Shown here piece after piece: positions 7,118-15,597 of a DNA stretch of 43,168 bases (positions within the stretch are counted from its first letter, which is position 1; each line of letters starts with the position of its first letter). The notes below the pieces were generated by a model, which saw only the letters and a list, made by a program, of their open reading frames with translations, was not told where the DNA came from and searched no databases. A program made the position numbers and the translations under genes. The stretch is from positions 1-43,168 of the IMG/VR virus record IMGVR_UViG_3300045988_127339. One strand, 5' to 3'. This DNA comes from a virus.

Positions 7118-7663
7118 ATGAACACAAACGAAGTTATCATCCCCTGCCGCCTTTCCTACGCCAACATCTGGGAGCCGAAGCAGGTCAACGGCACCGGCGA
7201 CCCCAAGTACAGCTGCTGCCTGCTCATCAAGAAGACCGACACCGCCGCCGTGGCTAAGCTCCGCGCCGCCATCGAGGCGGTCAAGCGCGACCCCAAGGCG
7301 CTGGCCAAGTGGGGCGGCAGCGTCCCCAAGAACCTGAAAAGCCCCCTCCGCGACGGCGATGAGGAGAAGGACGACGAGAACTACCTCGGCTGCTTCTTCC
7401 TGAACGCCAACGCCGCCGAGAACCGCCGTCCCCGCATCATCGACCGGGCCTGCAATGAGGTGCTGGATCAGGAGGAGGTCTACAGCGGTTGCTACGCCAA
7501 CGTCAAGGTCGGCCTCTTTGCCTACAGCGCCAGCGGCAACAAGGGCATCGGCGCGGGCCTCGAGGTCATCCAGAAGGTGCGCGACGGCGAGCGCCTGTCA
7601 GGCGGCAGCAGCCTCGAGGGCTTCGAGGTATTGACCGACGAAGACAACGACCTGCTGGATTGA
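7118..7663 (+). CDS. ssDNA-binding protein, T7 gp2.5/DUF2815-like
   Basis: The N-terminus IIPCRLSYANIWEPK, the acidic C-terminal tail LTDEDNDLLD, and the position between nuclease and polymerase all fit. Confidence 0.7.
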   Translation: MNTNEVIIPCRLSYANIWEPKQVNGTGDPKYSCCLLIKKTDTAAVAKLRAAIEAVKRDPKALAKWGGSVPKNLKSPLRDGDEEKDDENYLGCFFLNANAAENRRPRIIDRACNEVLDQEEVYSGCYANVKVGLFAYSASGNKGIGAGLEVIQKVRDGERLSGGSSLEGFEVLTDEDNDLLD

Positions 7664-7670
7664 TCGATAC

Positions 7671-7705
7671 GCCGGAGACCCGCACATCGGGCCTCCGGCC
7701 TTTTT
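7671..7705 (+). terminator. Hairpin plus T-tract between the SSB and DNA polymerase genes
   Basis: GCCGGAGACCCG-CACAT-CGGGCCTCCGGC forms 11 bp with 1 mismatch and is followed by CTTTTT. Confidence 0.55.
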
Positions 7706-7719
7706 GAAAGGAGTACCCT

Positions 7720-9735
7720 GTGGAATTTATCACCGTAGACATCGAGACCTACTCGCCGCAGGACATCACCAAGGTGGGGGCCTACCGGTACGCACAGGAC
7801 CCGGAGCTTGAAGTTCTGCTGCTGGGCTTTGCCATAGGCGATGAAGATGCACCGGAGGTAATAGATCTGACAGATCTGCCAGACCCAGGCGCTGTGCTTC
7901 GGAAGCAGCTGCCGTGGTTGCTGAATGCCAGCTACACCAAGCGGGCGCACAACGCCGCCTTTGAGTGGTGGTGCTTGTCGGAGGCCATGGGCCTGAGCTG
8001 GGAACAGCGGGTGCTTTGGCTGCAGCAGTGGGAGTGCAGCATGATCCACGCCCTCTACTGCGGCCTGCCCGCCCAGCTGGGCGCCCTCGGCAAGGCGCTG
8101 CAGCAGCCGGAGGACGCCCTCAAGATGAAAGAGGGCAAGGCGCTGATCACCTACTTCTGCAAGCCCTGCAAGGCCACCAAGGCCAACGGCGGACGCACCC
8201 GCAACCTGCCCCGGCACGACCCCGAAAAGTGGAAGCTGTTCTGCAAGTACAACGGCATGGACGTCATCGCCGAGCGGGCCAATGACCAGAAGCTCACCCC
8301 ATGGCCGGTGCCAGAAGAGATCATGCAGCAGTGGCGGGAGGATGTGGAGATGAATGCCCGGGGCGTGGCCGTGGACATGGGGCTGGTGGATGCCGCGCAG
8401 GACCTCCTTGAGCGGAACGCCCTGCCCCTCAAGGCGGAGCTGAAGACCCTGACCGGACTCGCCAACCCCGGCAGCCGGGTGCAGCTCCTCGGCTGGCTGG
8501 AGAACCGGGGACTGAAGCTCCCCGGCCTCGGCAAGGACGTGGTAGACGACGCCCTGAAGATGGAGCTGCCCTCAGACGTCCGCCGGGCGCTGGAGCTGCG
8601 CCAGCAGACCAGCAAGGCCAGCAACTCCAAGTACAAGACCATCGCCCTGAGCCGAGGCCCGGACGACCGGATCCGGGGCACGCTGCAATTCTACGGCGCG
8701 TCCCGCACGGGGCGCTGGGCCGGGCGGCTGCTGCAAAGCCAGAACCTGCCCCGCACCTACCTCGACCATCAGGCCGAGTGGCGGGCCATCGTCCAGAGCC
8801 GCGACCTTGAGGGCCTGCAGCTCCTCACCGACAACGTCGCCGACACCCTGAGCCAGCTCATCCGCACGGCGCTGGTGCCTGCCAAGGGCTGCACCTTCGT
8901 GGACGCCGACTTCTCCGCCATCGAGGCCCGGCTCATCGCGTGGCTGGCGGGCGAAGAGTGGGTGCTGGACGTCTTCCGCACCACCGGCAAGATCTACGAG
9001 GCCACCGCAGCCCGCATCTTCGGTGTGCCGTTCGAGAGCATCGTGAAGGGCAACCCCAACTACAAGTACCGCGCCCGGGGCAAGGTGGCCACGCTGGCGC
9101 TGGGATATGAGGGCGGGGTATCCGCCATGAAGCGGATGGGCGGCGACGCGCTGGGCCTCGACGACGAGGGCCTGAAGGACATCGTGAGCCGCTGGCGCAG
9201 GCAGAACCCCAACATCCGCAGCCTCTGGAAAAAGATGCAGGACGCCGCCGTCCACACCATCCGCACCGGGCAGACCACGAGGCCCCGGGCAGGCGTCATC
9301 TTCCGCAAGGAGATGAGCCGGAGCGTCCCCTTCCCTTTTCTGACCCTCCAGCTGCCCAGCGGACGGAAGCTCTTCTACGCGGACCCGAAGCTCGCCCGGG
9401 AGGCCAACTGGCGGGGCGACCACGAGATTTTATATAAGGAATGGGACAACGGCAAATGGCAGGAGTCCAAGACCTACGGCGGCAAGCTCACCGAGAACCT
9501 GACGCAGGCCGTGGGCCGGGACTGCCTCGCCTTTGCGCTGGACAACCTGCGCCGGGCAGGCTACCGGGTGGTCTTCCACATCCACGACGAGGTAGTCATT
9601 GAACTGCCGAACACGCAGGACGCGGAGGCCGCACTGGAGGACGTGATACGCATTATGAGCCGTGTGCCGCCATGGGCCGAGGGGCTGCCCCTGAGCGCCG
9701 CAGGCTGGCACGGAGACTTTTTTACAAAGGACTGA
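7720..9735 (+). CDS. Family A DNA polymerase with a 3'-5' exonuclease domain
   Basis: It carries Exo I VDIETYS, motif A DADFSAIEARLIAWL, motif B RGKVATLALGYEGG and motif C HIHDEVVIE. The GTG start has an AAAGGAG RBS. Confidence 0.9.
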   Translation: MEFITVDIETYSPQDITKVGAYRYAQDPELEVLLLGFAIGDEDAPEVIDLTDLPDPGAVLRKQLPWLLNASYTKRAHNAAFEWWCLSEAMGLSWEQRVLWLQQWECSMIHALYCGLPAQLGALGKALQQPEDALKMKEGKALITYFCKPCKATKANGGRTRNLPRHDPEKWKLFCKYNGMDVIAERANDQKLTPWPVPEEIMQQWREDVEMNARGVAVDMGLVDAAQDLLERNALPLKAELKTLTGLANPGSRVQLLGWLENRGLKLPGLGKDVVDDALKMELPSDVRRALELRQQTSKASNSKYKTIALSRGPDDRIRGTLQFYGASRTGRWAGRLLQSQNLPRTYLDHQAEWRAIVQSRDLEGLQLLTDNVADTLSQLIRTALVPAKGCTFVDADFSAIEARLIAWLAGEEWVLDVFRTTGKIYEATAARIFGVPFESIVKGNPNYKYRARGKVATLALGYEGGVSAMKRMGGDALGLDDEGLKDIVSRWRRQNPNIRSLWKKMQDAAVHTIRTGQTTRPRAGVIFRKEMSRSVPFPFLTLQLPSGRKLFYADPKLAREANWRGDHEILYKEWDNGKWQESKTYGGKLTENLTQAVGRDCLAFALDNLRRAGYRVVFHIHDEVVIELPNTQDAEAALEDVIRIMSRVPPWAEGLPLSAAGWHGDFFTKD

Positions 9736-9740
9736 GGACG

Positions 9741-10010
9741 ATGAAGAAAACAGAATCCCTACCCAGCACCTCGGCGCTGTTCGCCTGCACCTGCGGTGCA
9801 ATGCCCTACGACGCAGAGAAACGCCCGAAGGGCAAAGTCGAGCTAACCCGCTACCGCAAGAGCAGCAGGTACGCAAATGACGGAGGCTGGTCGGTGGTCT
9901 GCACTCGCTGCGGCAGGGTCGGCGAGCGCGGCAGCACACAAATTGACGCAAAGGCCAGATGGAACGCGCACCGCTTCCGCTATGGCCCACTGAAGGAGGG
10001 AGAAGAATGA
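9741..10010 (+). CDS. Small zinc-ribbon protein, Lar-like (putative restriction alleviation family)
   Basis: The 89-aa product has the Cys pairs CTCG and CTRCG and a C-terminal AKARWNAHR that resembles the Lar-family xAxxxWNxR motif. I chose the ATG at 9741, just after the polymerase stop. Confidence 0.5.
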   Translation: MKKTESLPSTSALFACTCGAMPYDAEKRPKGKVELTRYRKSSRYANDGGWSVVCTRCGRVGERGSTQIDAKARWNAHRFRYGPLKEGEE

Positions 10011-12406
10011 GCGACACACTGAAGATCTGCACCGGCTCCAGCCGCACGGCCACCGAGTGGGAGCTGCACGAGCTGAGCTGGGAGGGCTTCGCCTCCACCC
10101 TCTCAGACCGGATGCAGCAAAACTGCGGCACCGAGACCCACGCGGAGTACATGTCCCTGCCCAAGGCGCAGCAAGCCGACCTCAAAGACGTGGGCGGTTT
10201 TGTGGGCGGCACCCTGCGGAACGGAAGCCGCAAGCGAGGCTGCTGCACCGGGCGCAGCCTCATCACGCTGGACATGGACAACTGCGCCCCCGGCAGCACC
10301 GAAGACTGGGTCGCGGCCATCAAGAGCATCGGCACAGCTGCGGTCTACTCCACCCGGAAGCACGACCCGGAGCACCCCCGGCTGCGGGCCATCTTCCCCA
10401 CCGACCGGGTCATGCAGCCGGAGGAGTACCAGCCCTGCGCCCGGATGCTTGCCCAGATGCTCGACCCCACCATGCAGGTGTTCGACTCCACCACCTTCGA
10501 GGCCGAACGGCTGATGTACTGGCCCAGCCGCAGCGCCGACAGCGCATGGGTCTGCGAGGCCACCGAGGACGGCAGCCGCATCTGCGTGGACGACCTGCTC
10601 TGGCTTTACCCGGACTGGCACGACGCCCGCAGCTGGCCTGCCTGCCCCGCAGAGCAGCAGGTCAAGCTGCCCGGCGGCAAGCAGGCTGACCCTACGGCCA
10701 AGCCCGGCGTCGTGGGCGCATTCTGCCGGACTTACGACATCCGGCAGGCTATCGAAAAGTTCCTGCCCGGGGTGTATGTGGATGCAGGGGCAGGACGTCT
10801 GACCTACGCTGCAGGCAGCACCACCGCCGGCGCGGTGCTCTACGACAACGATACCTTTATTTACAGCCACCACAGCACCGACCCCGCAGGAGGCAAGCTG
10901 CTCAACGCATGGGATCTGGTGCGCATCCACCGCTTTGGAGAGCAGGACACGGACGCCGCCCCCGGCACGCCCACCGCCAGCCTCCCCAGCTGGCATCAGA
11001 TGCGGGCGCTGGCCGAGGCCGACGGCCCCACCTCCGCCCTGCTGCGGCAGGAGGCCGTAGACCACGCGATGGAGGGCTTCGAGCCGCTGCCCGAGGAGGA
11101 CACTGACCCGGATAAATGGCAGGAGAAGCTCGACCGCACCCAGAAGGGTGCCATCGCCTGCACCATTCAGAACGCATGGATCATCCTCGAGAACGACCCC
11201 GCCCTCAAGGGCCGTATCTGGATGGACACCTTCTCGGAGCGGCTGCGCTGCAAGGGGCCGTTCCCATGGAACGACCGTGACGCCGAGCGGGACTGGTCGG
11301 ACGAGGACGACGCAGGCATCCGCTGGTATCTCGAGACCATCTACCACTTCAGCGGGGTCAACAAGGCCGCAGACGCCGTCGCCCTGACCGGAGGACGACA
11401 CGCAAAAGACCCGGTGCGGGAGTACCTGCTGGGCCTCGTCTGGGACGGCATGGAGCGCCTCGACACCCTCTTCATCGACTACCTCGGCGCAGAGGATACG
11501 GGGTACACCCGGGCCGTGACCCGCAAGATGTTCACCGCTGCGGTGGCCCGGTGCTTCCGCCCGGGGTGCAAGTTCGACCAGATCTGCATCCTCAGCGGCA
11601 AGCAGGGCATCGGCAAGAGCCTGCTCCTCAGCCGGATGGGCCGGGAGTGGTTCAACGACAGTATCACCAGCTTCGACGGCAAGGACGCCCGGGAGAACCT
11701 GCGGGGCGTCTGGATCGTCGAGCTGGGCGAGCTGACAGCCTTCAGCCGCTCCGAGAGCGAGGCCGCAAAGCAGTTCCTCAGCCAGACCGAGGACAGATAC
11801 CGGGCCGCTTATGGCCGCAGAACGGTGCAGTACCCCCGCAGGTGCGTGTTCTTCGGCACCTCCAACGGCTCCGATTTCCTCCGGGACACCACCGGCAACC
11901 GCCGTTTCTGGCCCATAGACTGCTGCTTCGAGCGCCGCACGAGGGTCGTGCATGACGATTTGACCCCCTCCGAGGTGGACCAGCTGTGGGCCGAGGCCAT
12001 GGCCCGGTACAACGCCGGAGAAGACCTCATGCTCCGGGACGAGCTGCACGCAGCCGCCCTCGCAGAGCAGCAGGCTCACACTGAGCGGGACCCGTGGGAG
12101 GGGGCCATCGCCGACTTCCTCGAGCGTCCGCTGCCCCCGGGCTGGCCCAAGATGACCGTCGAAGAGCGGGTCTGCTGGTGGGAGACCGGCCCCGCCGAGG
12201 GCGTCCCTACGGCCCCCAGAGCCTCCGTCTGTGCCGCCGAGCTGTGGCGGGAATGCCTCGACCGCACCGGCAGAGACCTTGACCGGCAGCAGTCCAAGCG
12301 CATCGCCGCCATCATGAACGGCCTCCCGGGGTGGTCGCCGGTCAAGTATCCCCTGCGCTGCGGCCCCTACGGGATGCAGCGTTCGTGGAGGCGAAATGAG
12401 GAGTAA
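10007..12406 (+). CDS. Bifunctional primase-polymerase / VirE-type (P4-like) helicase
   Basis: It carries an N-terminal LITLDMDN (DxD prim-pol) motif, Walker A SGKQGIGKS and Walker B-like WIVELGEL. The ATG at 10007 overlaps the upstream stop and has a GAAGGAGGG RBS. Confidence 0.85.
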   Translation: MSDTLKICTGSSRTATEWELHELSWEGFASTLSDRMQQNCGTETHAEYMSLPKAQQADLKDVGGFVGGTLRNGSRKRGCCTGRSLITLDMDNCAPGSTEDWVAAIKSIGTAAVYSTRKHDPEHPRLRAIFPTDRVMQPEEYQPCARMLAQMLDPTMQVFDSTTFEAERLMYWPSRSADSAWVCEATEDGSRICVDDLLWLYPDWHDARSWPACPAEQQVKLPGGKQADPTAKPGVVGAFCRTYDIRQAIEKFLPGVYVDAGAGRLTYAAGSTTAGAVLYDNDTFIYSHHSTDPAGGKLLNAWDLVRIHRFGEQDTDAAPGTPTASLPSWHQMRALAEADGPTSALLRQEAVDHAMEGFEPLPEEDTDPDKWQEKLDRTQKGAIACTIQNAWIILENDPALKGRIWMDTFSERLRCKGPFPWNDRDAERDWSDEDDAGIRWYLETIYHFSGVNKAADAVALTGGRHAKDPVREYLLGLVWDGMERLDTLFIDYLGAEDTGYTRAVTRKMFTAAVARCFRPGCKFDQICILSGKQGIGKSLLLSRMGREWFNDSITSFDGKDARENLRGVWIVELGELTAFSRSESEAAKQFLSQTEDRYRAAYGRRTVQYPRRCVFFGTSNGSDFLRDTTGNRRFWPIDCCFERRTRVVHDDLTPSEVDQLWAEAMARYNAGEDLMLRDELHAAALAEQQAHTERDPWEGAIADFLERPLPPGWPKMTVEERVCWWETGPAEGVPTAPRASVCAAELWRECLDRTGRDLDRQQSKRIAAIMNGLPGWSPVKYPLRCGPYGMQRSWRRNEE

Positions 12407-12419
12407 TTACCACCCGAAA

Positions 12420-12782
12420 ATCTGACTACAAACGATGGCCGAAACCACCGTTTTTGTCTACAGACGACTACAAACAAAAAGCTGACTACAGACTACAGAG
12501 AATCCGGCAAACTTTAAGGCAACAAAAGAAAGGAAGAACCGAAAACGCCGCTTGTCTACAAACGACTACAAAGGATTTTCCGTTTGTAGACAGCTTTGTA
12601 GTCAGGAAAAAGCGAGTGTTCATGCGGGTTTTCTGGTTTTGTCTACGTTGTCTACAATAAAATCCCTTGGAAGGAGAAAAAGAAAAGGAAATAAGAAATG
12701 CGCGCGTACACGCGAGAGTCTTATACGCTTCACGTGAGGGATTTATAGGAATTACGTAGTCTTTTGTAGTCCTGTAGTCAGC
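12420..12782. repeat. Iteron-like CTACA heptamer array flanking an A-rich core. It contains copy B (12597-12781) of the duplicated module and is a candidate replication origin.
   Basis: Forward G(A/T)CTACA sites are at 12424, 12456, 12466, 12484, 12491, 12554, 12564, 12641 and 12650. Reverse TGTAG(A/T)C sites are at 12585, 12597, 12755, 12765 and 12773. The A-rich block is at 12656-12700. The array lies immediately 3' of the primase-helicase gene. Confidence 0.8.
12432..12456 (+). terminator. Weak hairpin plus T5 after the primase-helicase gene
   Basis: ACGATGG-CCGAAA-CCACCGT forms 7 bp with 1 mismatch and is followed by TTTTT. Confidence 0.35.
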
Positions 12783-12807
12783 CCGAGAGAAGAGAGGAGA
12801 AACTAAG

Positions 12808-13140
12808 ATGCTGACAAATAAGCCCTTGGAAAAGTCCATCGAGAACGTCCTCCGGGAGGAGGTGGAACGGCAGGGAGGGATGTGCCTGAAGTGGACCTGC
12901 CCCGGACACAGAGGCGTACCCGACCGGATGATTCTCTTCCCCGGCGGCATCATCGCCTTTGTGGAGCTTAAGCGCCCCGGCGCGAAGGTCAAGGCAGGCG
13001 GCTTGCAGGAGTGGTGGCGGGAGAAGATCCAGAGCTTCGGTTTCCGGTGCTACGAGGTCAGCACCGCAGAGCAGGCGAAGAGCATCGTCAGCTTTCTCGA
13101 GACGGAGAGCTTCATCACACTGACAGAGGAGCATCCCTGA
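12808..13140 (+). CDS. VRR-NUC domain nuclease
   Basis: GVPDRMILFPGGIIAFVELKRPG contains the D...ExK core. The 110-aa size and the position next to an SNF2 helicase fit this family. Confidence 0.8.
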   Translation: MLTNKPLEKSIENVLREEVERQGGMCLKWTCPGHRGVPDRMILFPGGIIAFVELKRPGAKVKAGGLQEWWREKIQSFGFRCYEVSTAEQAKSIVSFLETESFITLTEEHP

Positions 13141-13173
13141 CGCACAGAGCTAAAAGAAACGGAGGTCAAAACA

Positions 13174-14547
13174 ATGCAGCAATTTCACCCGCACCCGTAT
13201 CAGCAGGCGGGCATCGAGGCCATTCTGGAAAAGCCCGGAGTGGCCCTCTGGATGGAGATGGGACTCGGCAAGACCGTCGTGACCCTGACCGCCATCGACC
13301 AGCTCCTCTATGACCGGCTGGAGATCCGCCGGGTGCTCATCATCGCGCCCCGGAAGGTGGCCGAAGCGACGTGGCAGGACGAGGCAGCCAAGTGGGAGCA
13401 CCTGCGGCATCTGCGCCTCTCCACCGTGCTGGGCAGCGAGAAGCAGCGTCTCGCCGCGCTGGCTGCCCCGGCGGATATTTACATCATCAACCGAGAGAAC
13501 ACGGCGTGGCTGGTGCAGACGCTGGGCAGGAAGTGGGATTTCGACATGGTGGTGCTGGATGAGGCGTCCAGCTTCAAGAACCATGCAGCCCAGCGCTTCA
13601 AAGCCCTCAAAGCCGTGCGCCCCCGCATCCACAAGCTGGTGGAGCTGACCGGGACGCCCAGCCCCAACGGCCTGCTGGACCTCTGGGCGCAGGTCTGGCT
13701 GCTGGATCAGGGGCAGCGGCTGGGCAGGTACATCACCCACTACCGACAGCAGTACTTCTGGCCCACCCAGTACAGCTACGAGCCGAAAGCAGAGGCTGCG
13801 GAGGCCATCCATACCGCCATCCGGGACATCGTCCTCAGCTTCAAAGCCGCCGACCACCTGACCCTGCCGGAGAAGATCACCGAGGACATCCCGGTGGTGC
13901 TGGACGAAACGGCCCGGGACCTCTACAAGACCCTCGAGCGGGAGTATCTGCTGAACGTGGACGGCGAGGCCATCACCGCCCAGCAGGCCGCGTCCCTCAC
14001 CGGCAAGCTGCTCCAGCTGTGCAACGGCAGCCTCTACGACGAGGCCGGTGCCGTCCACCCGCTCCACCGGTGCAAGCTGGACGCCTTCGATGAGCTGATC
14101 GACGCGCTCGACGGCCAGAGCGCCCTTGTGTTCTACAATTTCCGCTTCGACGAGGAGCAGCTCACCGAGCTTCTGAAGACCCGCCACAGGGGCCTCAGAG
14201 CCGCCGTGCTGCGCTCCGACGCAGAGGCCCGGGCATGGAACGCCGGGGAGCTGGACGTCCTTCTGGCCCAACCTGCCAGCTGCGCCTACGGGCTGAACCT
14301 CCAGCAGGGCGGGCATCACCTCATCTGGTACAGCCTGCCGTGGAGCCTCGAGCTTTATGCGCAGGGCGAAGCCCGACTCTACCGGCAGGGCCAGACCCAG
14401 AGCGTCATCGTCCATCGCCTCATCGTCAAGGGCGGAGCCGACGCGCTGGTGGCAAAGGCCCTCACCCGCAAAGACACCGACCAGAACGCTCTGATGCAGG
14501 CCGTGAAGACCCGCATCCGGGAAGTGCAGAGAGGAGAGCACCCATGA
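13174..14547 (+). CDS. SNF2/DEAD-like helicase
   Basis: It carries motif I MEMGLGKT, motif II VLDEASSFKN, GTPSPNGLLDLW, and the C-terminal helicase motif YRQGQTQSVIVHRL. Confidence 0.9.
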   Translation: MQQFHPHPYQQAGIEAILEKPGVALWMEMGLGKTVVTLTAIDQLLYDRLEIRRVLIIAPRKVAEATWQDEAAKWEHLRHLRLSTVLGSEKQRLAALAAPADIYIINRENTAWLVQTLGRKWDFDMVVLDEASSFKNHAAQRFKALKAVRPRIHKLVELTGTPSPNGLLDLWAQVWLLDQGQRLGRYITHYRQQYFWPTQYSYEPKAEAAEAIHTAIRDIVLSFKAADHLTLPEKITEDIPVVLDETARDLYKTLEREYLLNVDGEAITAQQAASLTGKLLQLCNGSLYDEAGAVHPLHRCKLDAFDELIDALDGQSALVFYNFRFDEEQLTELLKTRHRGLRAAVLRSDAEARAWNAGELDVLLAQPASCAYGLNLQQGGHHLIWYSLPWSLELYAQGEARLYRQGQTQSVIVHRLIVKGGADALVAKALTRKDTDQNALMQAVKTRIREVQRGEHP

Positions 14548-14774
14548 GCATCCGAGCATTCCGTAGGCTGACCCGGACACAGCGCCGGGCCTTTATCGAC
14601 ACCATCACCGACCCCCTCACCCGCCGGGTGTTCGAGATCGCATTCCTCGGTCCCGGCAAGGTCAGCTGGCAGAAAGCCGCCCTGCTCTACGGCGGCGGTA
14701 TTTCCCCGGAAACGCTCCGGGTCTGGGTCTGGCGGGAGCTGCATCGCGCGAGCGCCCGCGCAGAGCGTCCGTGA
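14544..14774 (+). CDS. Small sigma-70 region-4-like / RinA-ArpU-like putative late transcription regulator
   Basis: In the 76-aa product, LTRRVFEIAFLGPGKVSWQKAALLYGGGISPETLRVWVWREL resembles a sigma region 4 HTH. The start overlaps the SNF2 stop (ATGA). Confidence 0.45.
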   Translation: MSIRAFRRLTRTQRRAFIDTITDPLTRRVFEIAFLGPGKVSWQKAALLYGGGISPETLRVWVWRELHRASARAERP

Positions 14775-14855
14775 GCGCTCCGTCTCGCCAGACAGCAGCT
14801 TTCACGCCAAAGCGCCAAAAGCCCCGCACGGAGCCTCGCAGCCGCCAGTGCGTGC

Positions 14856-14893
14856 AAATCGTAACGCTTTTGAGGTTTTACCCATGCTATGCT
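14856..14893 (+). promoter_or_regulatory. Phage-specific promoter-like element AAATCGTAACGSTTT-N17-TAnnnT (copy 1)
   Basis: It reads AAATCGTAACG, 21 nt, then TATGCT. The same architecture and spacing recur at 16646, 17752 and 26113. Confidence 0.55.
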
Positions 14894-14922
14894 TTCTGAG
14901 ATAACGACACAGGAGGCAGAGC

Positions 14923-15597
14923 ATGGGTTTTTCGAATGAACGGATGAGGACGGCGCAGCTGGCGGGATGGTTCCTGCTAGATGGCCTCGAGCTGACCCCG
15001 GCGGGCAACCCCATCACCCAGCCGCAGGAGCTGCCCTTCGGGGTGGATCACCTCATCGGTTTCAATGAGCTGCTGACCTGCAAGCACCCGGAGAGTGCAG
15101 GGGTGCATTTCTTCCTCGACGACTACCAGTTCGAGCGATTCTGGCGTCAGCCGCAGCGGTATCTCGCCGCGCTGGCAAAGTGCCCGTTGGTCATCGGGCC
15201 GGACTTTTCGCTGTACACCGACTTCCCCGCCCCGCTGCAGCGGTGGAACCACTACCGCAATCAGCTGCTCACCGCGTATCTCCAGCGGCAAGGCATCTGC
15301 GCCATCCCTGCTGCCGGATGGGCCGACGATGCCAGCTTTGACTGGTGCTTCGACGGCATCTCCCCCGGAGGGGCAGTGGCGGTAAGCACGGTGGGCTGTC
15401 TTGTGCACAGGCAGGCGGAGGCCGGATTTCTCGCAGGGCTGGAAGAACTGCTGCGGCAGGTGCGGCCCGAGGAGCTGCTGCTCTACGGCAGCGTGACGCC
15501 CGACATCGCAAACCTCCTGCAAAGCAAGAGCATCCCGTGGCAAGCATTTCCACACGGTATGGCGGCCCGCAGAAGGGCCAGAGAGGAGGCGCGGTAA
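14923..15597 (+). CDS. DUF4417-like protein (function unknown)
   Basis: VHFFLDDYQFERFWRQPQRY...PDFSLYTDFP matches my recollection of the DUF4417 signature. It has an AGGAGG RBS. Confidence 0.6.
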   Translation: MGFSNERMRTAQLAGWFLLDGLELTPAGNPITQPQELPFGVDHLIGFNELLTCKHPESAGVHFFLDDYQFERFWRQPQRYLAALAKCPLVIGPDFSLYTDFPAPLQRWNHYRNQLLTAYLQRQGICAIPAAGWADDASFDWCFDGISPGGAVAVSTVGCLVHRQAEAGFLAGLEELLRQVRPEELLLYGSVTPDIANLLQSKSIPWQAFPHGMAARRRAREEAR

